A stretch of 64,000 nt of DNA from Tubulanus polymorphus (taxonomy: Eukaryota; Animalia; Nemertea), in assembly GCF_964204645.1 (NCBI RefSeq), contig NC_134036.1:8608030-8672029 (forward strand), in the 5' to 3' direction. Positions 24,861 through 40,000 of this stretch are shown piece after piece; the first letter of the stretch is position 1; each line of letters starts with the position of its first letter. The notes beneath the pieces are model-generated. The model made no database searches. It saw only the letters and a list, made by a program, of their open reading frames with translations, and was not told the origin of the DNA. Position numbers and translations under genes: made by a program.

Positions 24861-26260
24861 GCAAAATACAAATATGAAAAAACTTCTTAAGAAAGGAATT
24901 TGGGAAGCTCATAAAGCTTATAAGACCTATAGAACATGGAATGAACGTGTCTAATTTGAATAGCGCTTTTGATGACTTTGTCAGCGTTTAAGTTATGTAA
25001 TGTTGAAATCAAGTTTATTTCAAGATAACAAATATTTCATTTTATCATTTTTACTATTATGATTATGATTTAGATACAGTTATGATTAAATCCTAACCTG
25101 ACACATGATTTTAAGATTTAAGGCCTACATGAAGCTGTTATCGTTAGAATCTGTTGGTAAAGGGCCGTATAAATCATCATCTGTATCGGAATCGTCCATC
25201 GAAATATCACCATAAGAATCATTTAAAGAAGTGTCATCATACACTACATCATTGGTACTAGCAGCATCAACCATTTTCTCACTACAAAATTCATCAATCA
25301 CCGATGTCACATGCGGAATCATTCTCACTAGTATTTGGCTCGCTTTAAATAAAAATAATATCTTACTTGTTAAACAGACTCCCACACTGGTTGGTTCAAT
25401 CATTCTATCAAAAACAGATACCTAATCCATGGACAGACAGCGACCACGTGTAAATTGATGCCCTTTTCAAAAATAAATGTGCCCTTTTCTTGAGAACAGA
25501 CCACCACCACGAGTAACAAATGCCTTTTTTAGAATATGATTGTGCCCTTTTCTTCAGAATAGTCCGCCCCCACGAGTAACAAATACCCTTTTTGAGAATA
25601 AATGTGCCCTTTTTTCTTTTGACTTTTTTAACGATGATGATAGACAGCCGCCACGCAATGCCACTGAGTATTGGAGAAACTAATATGCCTTCAGGAAAGT
25701 AAAAATGTGTCCTTTTCTTGAGAAAATGACTTTGTCTCATATTTCCTCACACGTATTCACTTTTGATTAGTAGGCCTTTCATCAATTTTCATCATCATCA
25801 AATTGTTCTATACTTACGTCTTTTTGAATAAGAAATCAATTCCATGATTGTTCTTCTTTGCTACGGTATGTATCTCCTGAAGTCGACGTTTTCGTTAAGC
25901 ATGATTGCCTTCAAATCTGGGGCCGTCATATCTTATTGATAATCTTAAAAACCACGTTCATGACGCTAGAACACATACGAAATTCGCGGAAGTTATCGTA
26001 CCGGGTGTAGTTTATTTCCTGGTTCACACTAAAATGCGGATGTAAATCGTGGACTGCGGACTTTAGTTGTGCAGGTAGAAATCGCGGTAAAAAAATGTTT
26101 TTCGCACTTTTTTCAAAATGGGCACAGAATTTGCGACAGGAGCACGTCCTTTGCGTGCTCCCGTCTAGATCCGCCCCTGAATGTGACTTCGAGATAGTAG
26201 TTTATTTCAACCTTTCGACTAATAGTCATCTTCAGGAATAAGGAGATACTACAAAAATTA

Positions 26261-26262
<2 letters not shown>

Positions 26263-26342
<80 letters not shown>
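26263..26342. repeat. (AT)n microsatellite
   Basis: About 40 perfect AT units. Confidence 0.97.
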
Positions 26343-26344
<2 letters not shown>

Positions 26345-26756
26345 AAATAAGTTCGGATCGTGATAAAAGTGAGCCGCGTGCACGCGTTCACGTTTACGTG
26401 CGAATGAATAAAGTTGTTGATATTGGATCATCACTGACCGCGCGTCGATGAGTCACTTCAGAAATCGAAAATTTGGATGTGGACCATAAACAAATGTATA
26501 TCTTTGGTCATATTTTATCGCATTTAACATGTTTCCAGTTGAAGAGATGTAAGGCTGTACGAGCTTTTTCCTTATACTTCAGCTTGTTGTCCAAGACGGG
26601 CTAGTTGACGCTAATAGCTTGAAGTTTCTTTTTGCTAACCGTGACACTTTGTAAGTACCAACCGTTTGTGCTCAGGGGGCTAAAATTTGGGTACCGCAAT
26701 TTCGAACTGCTATAGAAACCAGGCTGCGGATCACTATTATATCCGATATCATTATA

Positions 26757-27069
26757 GATGCCATCTCAGTGTCATCCACCCACGGCACGAACCTCGGCCA
26801 CAGTAGACCGGGTGCGCAGATACATGCGCGGCTTGGCCGCGCGAAAACTTGCGGCACCAATCAGATCAATCAGATTGTTCGCTGAGGTAAATTTCACAGA
26901 AGAACTATAAATTTCAAAACCTGGGCTAAAATAAAAGTGGATTCTTGATTGGCTGATGATGACATCATCTTAGCTACGCATGTAGCTGCGCACTCGGTCT
27001 AGTCTGGCAGAGTTTCGTACCGTGGCAATCTCGATGCCATCAGGTTCGAATCTCTGCCAGGGGAGAATG
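26757..27069. mobile_element. Second, partial copy of the 24476 MITE family
   Basis: Shares CACGGCACGAA...GTGCGCAGATAC and the right end GATGCCATCAGGTTCGAATCTCTGCCAGGGG. Confidence 0.7.
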
Positions 27070-27939
27070 CGTCAATGTACGTAGAAATACATCCAAATCT
27101 GATATTGTTTTGTAGTCGAATGAAACACTCTAATCCCATGCCCGTAGGTACTGCGGAAAGTGCCCCTGCCCCAATATCTGATAGCCTTTTTTATTCTGCA
27201 AAACGACGCTTTTTCCTCGTAATATTCAATATCTAGTAAGATACATATGCATTCCACTGCGCCTGCACTGGCTTTATCCAATGACCCACATCGCTATAGT
27301 GTGTACCGTTGTGGTAACGTATATCTACCAGTGTTGTGGTAATGATTTCTCTCGTCGATGTTGCGAGGGACACTCTCATAGGCCGGATCACAGTCCTTGG
27401 TTTTGACTTTCTTACAAGGCTCCCAGATATGACTTAACAATTTCTTAAGTTATCTATTTGTTTATTATCTCTTACCAGATGTATACAAGATCATTCCCCG
27501 GAGCTCCCCCTAAAACCTATTCTCTCCAGCCTCCCTCTAAAGCTTTCTTAAACCCATTTATATCATTTTATCTTTAGTAACGTGTGCATGCCCTCTTCCA
27601 CACATGGCTTGGAATTCATGGCTTGTGACGTATTCATACGTCACAAAATTCCTCCCATCCATGTATGTCAACTTCGCGGGTTCGTACGGAAGTGTCCCGG
27701 GGACATGAGGAACATAAATCGAACGTATCATCATTTCTAAGTTCATAAATCGAATGTATGTCTCGTTTTCTTCGCTCGAAAATCGTACGTATTTTTGGTT
27801 TTTTCATTCGAAAAATCAAAATATTTTCTGTTTTGAAAAAACGGCGGTGTTTCATGCTTCAGCATGTGGTTTTTTTTTGCACGAGACACGTTTTGTCGGT
27901 CAATGCAAAAAAAATATTTTATGATAATATATAACTAAT

Positions 27940-28079
27940 CTACTTCGGTATTCTCAATATGATATACACCACAATGACCAGAGTCAGTGTCATCTGTAAG
28001 GTGACGACTACTGCGATATCTATCGGATTACCTCGCCACGCCGCAAGTGGTGACATCGCCAGTGAATGGGCTTTCAGAG
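27940..28079 (-). CDS. Tentative terminal exon: hydrophobic TM or GPI-signal tail
   Basis: Phase-1 frame ALKAHS...[25 protein letters not shown]; weaker AAG acceptor. Confidence 0.45.
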
Positions 28080-31000
28080 CTTGTAAATACAATCTCAATA
28101 ACAACAACTGCATGTTTACATGTGTAGTGAGCTGAGTAGTCATCGTTTTATTTCCAGTTTATCGAAAAATTATAATAATTAAAGAATTTCAATCGTTACA
28201 TCCACCGTCGTCGCGTTCGATGTCCACGCATTCTCCCTGCGCCCTGTTTGGCTCGTTATCACTACAGTTGGTGTATATCTGCAAGAAAACACATCGGAGC
28301 CATTAATAACGCGATGACGCGAGCGTTTTTGATCCGCGCACGGGATTTGTGCCGGATATGCAGGCCCGGGAAAACCGCTTTCAAACGCTGGTACCACGCA
28401 ATTGCAGGCAAGGAGAATCCGCCAGGTTCGCTAGTGGTTGCCGCGATTCAATTTCTTATACATTTTTATCGAACTCGAACCAACTTTTCTCGCTAGCAAA
28501 TCAATTTCCAGCAAAAACATTCCATACACTCATTGGGAATGTCATTCATTTATAACGCATTCCCATTAAGTTTTGATCCTTTCCCAGTTTGTATCAAAGT
28601 ACCAATTATTTGTCATAGAGTCCTGAAAGGTTGATAATTTTACACATAAATCCATATAAACGTGTCATCTATACCACAAAACACTTTACCGATTTCTTCA
28701 TGTGTCCCTCCATTTTGAATTTTTGTATTTGTATTACTTTGTACGAATATTACAATGTGACCGGGCCTTGATCATCGTTACGATCCGGCGCCGGTCAGGG
28801 AGGGGGGAGGGAAGCCGTAGGTCGGTCGTCCGTCCGTTCGTCAGTGTGCCGGCGGTGCTGGTTCGAAAAACGACAATGTGCTGACCGGGTCTTGATCAGC
28901 GTTACGACCCAGCGCAGTGAGGGAGGGATGGAGGCAGTAGGACAGTCGTCCACCCGTTAGTCAGTCTGCCGGCAGTGATGGTTGTTCGAAAAACGACTAA
29001 GTGGTGACCGGGCCTTGATCAGTGTTGCGATCCGGCACCGGTCAGGGGGGGGGGGTGGAGGTAGTAGGTGGGTCGTCCACCCGTTAGTCAGTCTGCCTGC
29101 AGTGATGGTTGTTCGAAAAACGACTAAGTGCTGACCGGGCCTTGATCAGCGTTACGACCCGGCGCTGGTCAGGGAGGGAGGGAGAGAGGCAGTAGGTCGG
29201 TCGTCCGTCCGTTCGTCAGTGTGCCGGCGGTGGTTGTTCGAAAAATGACTAAGTGCTGACCGGGCCTTGATCAGCGTTACGACCCGGCGCAGTGAGGGAG
29301 GGAGGGAGGCACTAGGACAGTCGTCCGCCCGTTAGTCAGTGTGCCGGTGGTGGTTGTTCGAAAAACGACTAAGTGCTGACCGGGCCTTGATCAGCGTTAT
29401 GACCCAGCGCAGTGAGGGAGGGAGGGTGGCAGTAGGACAGTCGTCCACCCGTTAGTCAGTGTGCCGGCAGTGATGGTTGTTCGAAAAACGTACTAAAAAT
29501 GGAAAATAAAATTAATTTATTTACGGACCAGTTTAAGGAGTTATAGTCAGATTACGTAGGCTATTCGTGAACAAAACGCGGAATTCGCACAGCAGAAACT
29601 GCGCACTATATGTTCTTTCATTATCGTCGACAAAGAGGAGCGATATTCGCAAATTGGATTCGGGAGGGGTGTAAACATTAGAGATCGTGGCCATTTTTAT
29701 CGTAATCAATTTCAGTTGAAGCCGATACCACAATTCTCATTGGTTTGAAAGTCAAACCACGAAGTCCCTATTTGGTAAAACGTTATTAGAAATTTAAAAC
29801 CGAAAGGAAAAAGTCATGTTAGATTCATTATTAGATACGTAGAGATTTTGTTAGCTGCAACTATTCGTTGAATGAACTGGCGTCCTTGTATGAAAGTTAG
29901 AATAAAAATGTATTAAATCATCGGTTTAGCGAGTTTTTAGTATAGAATTCTGTTTTTTTGTTTTGTTTTGCTCTAACAAACGCATTAATTCATCCATGAT
30001 AATGATAATTATAGAATTCATCTTTATATAGCGCTTAATCTCATAATGACTTAAAGCGCTTACAAAGTAATATACAACATTATCTTCGGATAGAAGAAAG
30101 TATTCCATTGAGCTAAAACATTTCAGTTGTTAGTTCCATTAAAGATATGCGTTCTAAGTATTTTCGTAACGATTTGAATGGACTCACTCTCTCGTATATG
30201 TTTTTGAGGTAAGTTCCATATCTAAAGTATCTGAAACTACTTTACCGAGTGCCTCAGGCTAAATCAACGGTCCACCTCATTGCAAACAATCACCAGCCAT
30301 AGAAATGTTTAATCCTCCTACTACAATAATGCGCAATAATCTCTATAAAATCATAATTTTTGAGATAATAGCTCCTAGATTTCATAGGTTTTATTTCAAC
30401 CGGTGCGACCGTCATATGAACATTTACATCAATTTATGGAGCCGACTTATTCGCCATTTCAAACGTTTTAGATAAAAAGGCCTCTTTACTGGACTGTGTT
30501 ATATTGATAAAAAATAGAATGAACTTAAATGATCAAGCGTAGCCCATTCATCAAAATTCTTATTACGATTTAATTCAATACTTAACTAACCCTCAAACTA
30601 GTGGAACATGTTATTTTTCATAAACACTGTACTTGAATAGCAGGGTGGCGTGGCTTACCTTTAACAATTTTCGACTGGCAATGGTTGATGAAAAATATAT
30701 AACCCGCTTCCCACGAGCATTGACACTCGTATCCACGGGCGGCTTCCCCGGAAACACTGCAGTCAAATTCACAACCGCAACCTGCGTAAAATTCAACATT
30801 CAAATGATTCGTAACTTATTGGAAAGGAAACAATCGGATTTCAGCACCTACATATATATCACGTTCGTAATTATGCGTTTGAAAATGCACTAATAAAATG
30901 TCTAACTTTCAATTGGAAATATCTTGCCCGATATGCTGAATACATGTGCAGTGTGGACGATCTATTTTTCAAAACGTGCTGTTATGTGTAATGTCAGCCG

Positions 31001-34000
31001 GTTTGTAGTTTAGTTTCAATCACCCTCGCTTGCCAGGGTTTCGATTACCACTCGCTGAAGCTTACGCTTATACAAACCCTGGCCGCAAACCCTTTATTGG
31101 TTTATTACATCACCCTCGATTTCTTGGGTTCAGCGCCCACTAGTCTATATATCTAGCCAATCAGTTGCATTTTCATCGGCACGACGTCCGCTCTTTAAAT
31201 ACCACGCATCTTATTGGCTAGATATATAGACTGGTGGCCGCCGAGTTGGAACCTGTCCGCCCAAGGAATCGTGGGCGATGTAATAATCAAATGAAAGGTT
31301 TGCGGCCAGGGGGTGGCAATAAAACCCTCGCAAGCGAGGCTGATTTTCAAATAAACATACCTCAGTGATGTCCTGAACACGTGTGAACTGAAGACTACAA
31401 CTACTACTTGGAAAATGGGTTTAATGTCGTGCGTCTGTAGTTCATTTTAGTTTAGGTGAAACGTGAAATTCGGAACGATCGGTTTTTGAAAGTGCGTTGA
31501 TGAAATGATGATGCGTGGTAGTAGAATAACCACACTCAAACGGGGAGAACAGATAAAATCCCGTTAAATATTTATTCGTTTAATTAACGTTTTGACCTCA
31601 AACTAGAGATCATTCTCATACATGATACAATCATTCATCTCACACCCGACGACGATCTCTATTGTGTGATCGAAACGTCGTGTCTGTTCAATTATGTTCG
31701 ATCGAATGAATTCTCGATTTTAAACCGTATTTTAATCCGTATATAGCAGGTTTCTATATTAACCGATGTCTGGTGTTAGTAGTTTCGCTTTCAATTCAGA
31801 ATGTGATATTCTTAACTGGCCCATCGTCTAAGCTGAAATCCTGCGAGTGAAAATGAGCGGGAATGCAGGGTTCAATCGGCAGAAATGGCTGTATAGTTGT
31901 TATACGTACTATGACACTTGTTTTCGTATAACACGTCATCGCTGTTACAAGCGCTACATTCGTAATCGTTCAGTTTATCCGTACACGTGGTAGCGGATTC
32001 AGCACCGCACGGCGCTAACAAACAATCGTCGATATCTGCGAGAAAACAAAAATACGTCATCAAAAGAGGATAAATCCCGTACAATTTATTATATGGCTTC
32101 CCCATCACCGGGGAAATCAGGCAAACGAGAGTAGGACAAACTGTACATTCATGTTTTTTTTCTGTGTTGTTAGTTTTTATTTTGTATCCCGTATAACAAA
32201 GTATTATCAGTTTTGAATATATCCACGTATTGAAAAGGTTTTTTTGTGATGGCTAGGCTGCTTTATTATTAGTTTAGAGTACCGTACCTAAGTACGGACT
32301 GCTTTATTCTTAGTTTAGAGTACCCAAGTATTTACAGAGAAACTTTACAAACTGAATCGCAGTGTTCCATATGTGACCACAATGTGTCGATAGAAAAGGA
32401 ACTATATGTTCATGGGTCGAAGAAGTAAATTTCTTTCGAATGGAGAGCAACTTTGGAATTTTCCCACAAGTACGTATGTGAAACATTGGGCTTATAAGAT
32501 AGCGCGGGTGATTCGACACGATTAAGAACCTTTGAAACCTACGATCGACAGTTCTCAAATTTGTGGCCAGCTAGTTACGAGGGGTCCGTAGTTGACGCCG
32601 TGGGTTGTCTAGGGCTGTACTGACCGACGAGAGCCCTTTCAATAAGACTCGACGAAGCAATCTGCGATGATGAAAAGACGAAATATTTCCGGGAAGTCGG
32701 TCAGATTTTAGTTGCTAAATCGTTATACTGTTTTTGTTATATACAACTCAAAACTACGATTATTCGGCTCAAGTCCATTTTAGCATCAAATAGTTCCAGC
32801 AGAGAATTATCACATCGGACAGGTATTTAACATTAATACGCCAGTATTGGACTTAATGAATCTCACCTACATAGCGACATACACACGAACGCACATACCG
32901 ACAAACCGGTGACTGGTGCCTAGGATCGAGTGGCTGTGTGGTGCGTGGATTACCCTTATAAGAAGTGGCTAGGATCGAGGGAATGGGATTTCGTGTGGAT
33001 TACCCGTGGCTGAATCGAGGGACTATAGGTACGTCGGTTTGTCGATTTGTCGGTATGTCCGCGCGTAGAAAAAAAAACTCAAAATGCATAGCCAAATTAC
33101 ACCTTTTATACAATGTAACTTCCACGCTATATTGGATTTGAACCGATTAGTCGCAGTTTTACACCGAGTCCTCTCCCCGTAGAACTGGACATACGGAAGA
33201 TAAGATTAGAAAATAAGACTTGTTTATATGTATCCCCTAATTAAAATGTAATCTAAGTTGCATGAATATATTTTTGTAATGATGGCAATTCAAAAGTGTA
33301 AATGTTGTTTTTAGGGTAGACTGACGGCGTGTCTCTGACAGCGTTCTTCTGCTCGCTCTCTCGCTCATTAATTCATTCGGTCATTCATTAATATACTAAT
33401 CCAGTCAATATAGTATCGAGGTAGCACAGAATAAAGGATTCGCATATTAAGACACAACGAAAATTTCCTCATTTTTAATTTGAAATTTGTTATGACCTTG
33501 ACCTTGAATCAATTAACCTTGACCGTGAATCAATTTAGGAATGCTATACCGGCAACGCATATCGGAATATATGAATTTTGAAGCTAAGATTGTATTTTCA
33601 TCACGATCAAAAGCACTTTCTCAACTTACCGACACATTTCCCATCAACGAATTCATATCCGGAATCGCAGTCGGAGTCAATGATTTCTATTTGAAAACAA
33701 AAACATCAAATGAGATGAACCGTTGAAATAATGATTTGTGTATCATTTCTAGTTCACTTGCTGCGGTTAATCGATCGTTGGATTTTCGAATTGCACTCTT
33801 TCCAGTCGTTTTCGTCGACTATACGTCGTAGAAAATACAATGAATAAACGCTAGGAATTTGGCAATTAATTTGCAAATAACAACATATAAACTCACCCCC
33901 CCCCCCCCTTAATACCTTACAGTCATGCTCTGTATGATAATAGAAAACAAATAAAAGATGGAAAGACAATTTAAAATTTTGTAGTGGGTCACTTTTTAAG

Positions 34001-37000
34001 GGCTAAAACAAATGTCGATATATGATATGTAATTTTGTTTCGACTTAAAATTAAATTCTATTTTTAACTACTGACATTGTGGCTCAACTTCGTTTTCTGG
34101 TTAAGAGGTTCAGGCGGCGAATAACAGTACAGATTTATACGCAAATGGCATTGTCGAAAAAAATATCCTTCTGCAATCCGACAATCAGAAACATTGTCGA
34201 AGAAATTTCTTTCGACAATCCGACAATCAGGAGCAGCCTCAAAGAAATTCCGGCTGAAATGTCCTTATATGAACCAGAAGTGGATGGGATCGAGTCGCTG
34301 CTGGTTTGCGTGGATTACCTTTACAAAAAGTGGCTGGGATCGATGGCTGGTCGTTTGTATGGATTACCTATATAAGTGGCTGGGATCGAGGGACTGTGCG
34401 CTTGCGTAGATAACTCCTATATAAAAGTAGCTGGGATCGAACGACTGGGTGTTTGCGAAGATTACCATTGTACAAAGTGGCTGGGATCTAAAGACTGTAT
34501 GTCGAGATGTCGATATGTGACAAAAGACGATTGACGCGCATTTCACTTTTTAATTTTCATTAGGGACCTATTATTACGAGGACTGCATTTGCGGTTTTTT
34601 GGGGAAACTATGGTAAATAAACTCAAATAGTCACATTAAGAAATTAATATTTATTATGGGATTGTCGGATTGTCGATGGAAATTTTCTCGACATTGCTTG
34701 GTTTCTGATTTTCGGATTGTCGAAGGAGATTTTTTCGACAATGCTTCCAATTTTCGCATTGTCGAAGGAATTTTTTTCGACAATGCTTCCGATTTTCGCA
34801 TTGTCGAAGGAATTTTTTTCGACAATGCTTCTGATTGTCGAAGGAAGGTCTCCGGATATTGGACAAAAAACGCATTAAGCAGTTTGTCCCTACGACCTCG
34901 GCACTATTCAACCAGGAAACGAAGACAAAGCACGCAGCTCTTGTCAGCTGCGGATAGTTTATATCAATTTGTTATTTTTAAAGTTTATATCCGTTTGATA
35001 ACGGTCGACTGAAACTGGCACTCATATAATACTTACCGATACACTTTCTGTTTGCCAAGATAAATCCCGCATCGCAAGAAGTGCACGTAAAATCGTTGAT
35101 CTGATCGGTACATTGACCTTGATTACCGCACGGATTACCCTCACAGTCATCGACGCTGTCAACTAAATAGTTAAAAACAGATTGAAAGTCTATTGGAATT
35201 CATAGAGGATTGCACTTGTGGACATCATCCCTCGAATCAAAGTGCCCCGCACGATGAGCCGAGACCACTCCTGATTATTTTATATTTTAAAACAAACCCT
35301 CGTTAATTCGTTCTTTTGTTGTGCTGATCAGACTACACTGCTCTCTATGCTAGATATGCATTGCAGTGTGAATCGTTCGCATAGGCTACAGGAAGGCCAC
35401 GGCTGCGGTCAGAACCAAAACACTAAGCTCTGTGGAACAGTAACCTCTCTTATTTAAAAAAAAAATTACCCCCATAAGGATTGAACATGAAAGTCATGAT
35501 TGACACATGCAAGTCACATATAGAAAATCAGACATGATGAGATCCGAGAGTTTTTAGTGGATTTTTATGAAATATGAGGGGTTACTGTGCCACAGAGCTT
35601 ACTGCTTTGGCTCTGACCGCAGCCGAGGTCCATTGTATGACACGCGGATGTCCACTCAATTCAAGTTGAAATGAACGTTAAATAAACGATTACGTATACT
35701 GACCTTTCAAATAAATGCGACCATCATTTGGGAAACAACCTTTCGGGAAACTCTCTAGATTTTTTGGCTGAACAATAGCATTGTCGTTATGAAACTCCAG
35801 TCCGTCAACGCAAGATATTTCACTACGCCGTTCATGCCATTTGTTCTAAAATGTATCGGGGTAAAATAAGTTGAACAAGGAACGAAATTCTTAATACGGA
35901 CTTTTCTAAATTTACATGGTGGTGCATGTCAACAGTATCGAAATAAAACGTCAGTACGTATACTTCTTACCATGACCATCGAATCCAGTCTGTTCTCGGC
36001 GCCTTTACCAGAGAAACACATAACAAACCCAAACTTAATTGACTTGGCAGTCCATGGGGCACAGCTGTGCATCCGCGTCTCCACAAGGTTGTTTTGAAGC
36101 TGTTCACAGACTGTGGACCTTAATGGCAACTGCTAGATTCTGAGCATTCTTTATGATTTTTCGTAAAGAGTTCAGACTTACTCATTATCGTATAGAATTA
36201 GAATACGCACGCTTTAATTACGGCGATGCGCAGTTTGCCAGAATCATTTGTAGTTTCTTGGGAAACTTTAACTAGGCCACAAGCGAGGCACGCTTTTCAT
36301 ATACATGTACGTGACTAGATCAATACGGTCACACATTTAAAACATCGAGTCTTTAACGCGCGCGTGTGTGAAGCATGAATATACGTAACGAAGCATGTGT
36401 TTTTTCCGAAAAGAGTTGTACATGTAGTTCCAACATTAAATAAATGAGTAAATCAACAAATAAGCTATGTTTTCCGACGAAATTCAAAAGGGTAAGAGAT
36501 TGTATTACTGCATTGAATATTTTGAAAGTTCCGTAGAGAAACTATACATCTTTCGCAACTTACATTGGAAACAAGTGTCATATATGATAGCAAACGTGAA
36601 CTTCGCTAATGCGAAAGTCCATAAAAATCAAATATAATCAAATATAAAAGCCAATATTACTAGATATTAGGCCGGGCTTTCGAAAGGGTGCGTACGTAGG
36701 TCAAAATGTCACTGCGACGGAACTGTCGCTAGCAGTTGCAGAGGATCACATCACCACAATTCATCGGCAGTCGCCCCTTACGTAGGTTTATCGAAAACTA
36801 AAATATAACTTGTAACGCACTGATAACGGGTTTTCTGCGTATTATCATCATTTTGATAATTTGAATGACCTCGATTAATGACAATGGAAAAGTCACATGG
36901 AAATAATGGCCGGAATAAAGTTACGATGTTAGTGTGTGTTTATCGTGGATCTATCTAAGAACTGATGCGATCACACGGAGACGATTTTGTCCGCGCCTTA

Positions 37001-40000
37001 TTACAGAGCGCGCTCACACGCAAACCAGTCACTCGAAACTAAACAATGCTAAAGCAAAGCTAAATCTGACTACGTCCTGGTTCGACGTGTTGATCAGGCC
37101 AAACATGCACCGGACCATCTGGCATCCGTGTGAATACAGTTGTTCGGGGCCAGAATTTTCCCCTGGCCGACTACGACGAGGCTTATGATTGGCGCCAGAC
37201 CTACCACCGGGACCAAGTGTGATTCTCGTGACGTGAAATCAAACGAAATCAATGAAAATTGCACGTATATACAATACCTTTGACTCATCGATTACAAATC
37301 CAGTACCATACAAATCTATTTTGAATTTGTTTTCGCTATCAGAGGTGATACTCTTAAATTGGACAATACCGAGTGGCGGTGGTCGTTTACCCTCCGTTCT
37401 TGCGAAGTTCATATCCATCAAATCTATACTGTCATCCTAGAGGAAATCATGAAGCGTGTACATATATTAGGACGAAGAAGTGAATAGCGGGCACTGACCG
37501 GTGATCGAACCTGGGCCTCGTACATAAAAAATAAGCGTGCTAATCAGTAGACCGATAGCGCATAGAGACCACTCTAGGTCAGTGATTTTACAGCTTGATG
37601 TCGTATTTTGCGTAACGGAATGTACTTTATAAAGGCGACAATTGAAATACAATATATTACGTATAAGGTATTAATCTGTCATCAAAAACACGATAGGCTC
37701 TGCTGTTTTAGCTGGGGACTACTATACAACGAGACGAGTAGTACTTTTAATGTTTAAGGTTTCGCTACAAATGTATAGAAACTTCAGCAGGTGAATGGGT
37801 AGAGTAGAGTCGATGGTAAAACAACAGTATTTATAGGCAAACTGACACTGATTACAGAGAACTGAGTGAGAAGGAAGATTACAAATATATTGATGAGTGA
37901 CGTGATAATTAATTACTAAGTGAGTGAGTAGATATATAATTGATTACAGAAAATAAACTAGAATAAATCAAAGAGAAATGAATCTAAGTAAAACTAAATC
38001 AAAGTAAAATAAGCAGAGAGTAACTAAGAGCAACGAATGACAAAAATGGAAGTCCGAGGGATAAATCCAGATTTCATAACAAACGGAATCACCGCGTTGA
38101 ATTACAGTTTTTGTTCCATGATTTCGCACGAATGTTCATTTTATGGTTGATTATTTTCGATATTCCCATCGATGTGTTGGCCACTTTAGAAAGGCAAATA
38201 CTGGTCTCTTTCGTGCGTGACATTTATTGATCTCCCGATCATATCTACTGGTAGCTCATTAAATGAAAGAGGTGTAAGGGACACTTTGGAGCTACTGTCT
38301 GTCACACCTGCTCTCCGTGCGACGGTTTGGTCCGTAATTTCGTTAATAATCAATTGATTTGTGAATACTATCTATCAATTTGTTCAGTTTGATATGTGCA
38401 TTCAGAAATAAATTATGAATTGGCATAAATTTGTTCGTGTTTTCATCTATCGGCAATTTTTTACCGAGCATTACGCGAGCGTATGCTGAGTTCACTATCG
38501 CTGATACATGAAAACAAAAACAACTTTAGTAAAAATCTTTTATTTCTGAATGCAAATTCCTTACTGAACAAATAGTTGCGTAACATAGGTATGTAAACCG
38601 ATTATTAACGAAAGTACGGACCAAACGTCGCACGGAGAGCATGAGTGACAAACTGTAATAAAGCCCCATCGTTTACCATTCTGAGAGATTTTAGTGGTCA
38701 GTTGAAAAAGCTTTCTTGTTTTCGCTGATTAAGCGTACATTTTTGGGTGGCCCAATTATTTCTCATTTTCATCAACTAACTATCATGCTAATTGAATTCA
38801 CATTCCAGTAAAGCTGTAATATTTCAGTTGATTCAGAGGTCGCGAATTTTGTGGAATGCACTCTGTATATCTGCATTTAGTCTTTCGATTTCAAAATTAT
38901 TTCACTCCCGGCAGGTGTGGTGGGTGGGTGGACATAAAAATGAAAACAAATCAAATCGGAGATAACTTTACCTTGATGTTGTATCGAACTTTAGAGTATA
39001 AACTGGTCCCAGCGAATCCATTATCTCGAACTGCAGTACGAATCAACAAGCTATAATTATTCTCATCTCCGCTTTCTAGAGTTAAATACTCGACTGGTAC
39101 CGCTCCCAGTTCGGCCATGAATTTACAGTAAACCTTCATGAATTTGCCGGAGCTCCTCAGAATGTAGTAATCGCCGTCGGTGCTGCTGCCCGTTCTTTTC
39201 AAATTCAGACACGAAGTCGGCGCTGGATTGCTGCTACTCGTCATTTCGTCCGACGGATAATCGACTATTATTTGTATAGGAATGTACCTGTTACAAACAA
39301 TGATAAGCAATGAACTCTCGTATGGCATAATTGGAAATGGAAACAGGGCAGGGACGGACACAGAGAGACGGAGATAATCAGGGACAGAGACAGAAACATA
39401 GACAGAGACAGAGACACAGAGACAGAGACAGTGAAGACAGAGAATACAGAGACAGAGAATAACGGGGACGGGGACGGGGACGGAGACCGAGACAGAGACA
39501 GATACACAGAGACAGAGACAGGGACACAGAGACAGAGAATACAGAGACGGAGAATAACGGGGACGGGGACGGAGACCGAGACAGAGACAGATACACAGAG
39601 ACAGAGACAGGGACAGGGATTTGGACATAAATATGGGCATGGACATGGATAGAGACAGAGACAGGGACAGGGACATGGACATGAACAGGGACAGGAACAG
39701 GGACAGAGATATGGGCAGAGACAGGGACAGAGACATAGACAGAGACAGGGACATGGACAGGGACAGAGGCAGGGACAGTGACAGGGACAGAGACAGGGAC
39801 AGGGTGAAGACGTAAGTTGTGTACCTGCTGACTGGTAAAATACCAGATGATATCGATCCGCCTACGTATGCACGAATAGTTTCACCACTCAATAACCTCC
39901 AATCAGACTTTGTTACAGTTTGGAATTTCGGAAAAAAACTAGTCGCTTCCGCGTTAGGATTACCGCCATCAGGAACACGCCAAAACTATTTGAAAAATTT

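Noticed and set aside
26113-26451. IYIYIY ORFs (and similar ORFs at 40259-40628 and 42432-43205)
   Set aside because: Microsatellite or tandem-repeat translations.
27072-27750. Coding-looking fragments on the minus strand
   Set aside because: No frame gave a motif I could assign; left unannotated.
31332-31434. Extra exon of the host gene
   Set aside because: It has AG/GT ends, but the required phase-1 frame stops after four codons, whereas 30659-30781 continues in frame with an EGF.
38951-39892. 313-aa ORF as a single CDS
   Set aside because: It reads through a GACAGA simple-repeat intron; only its two ends are exons.
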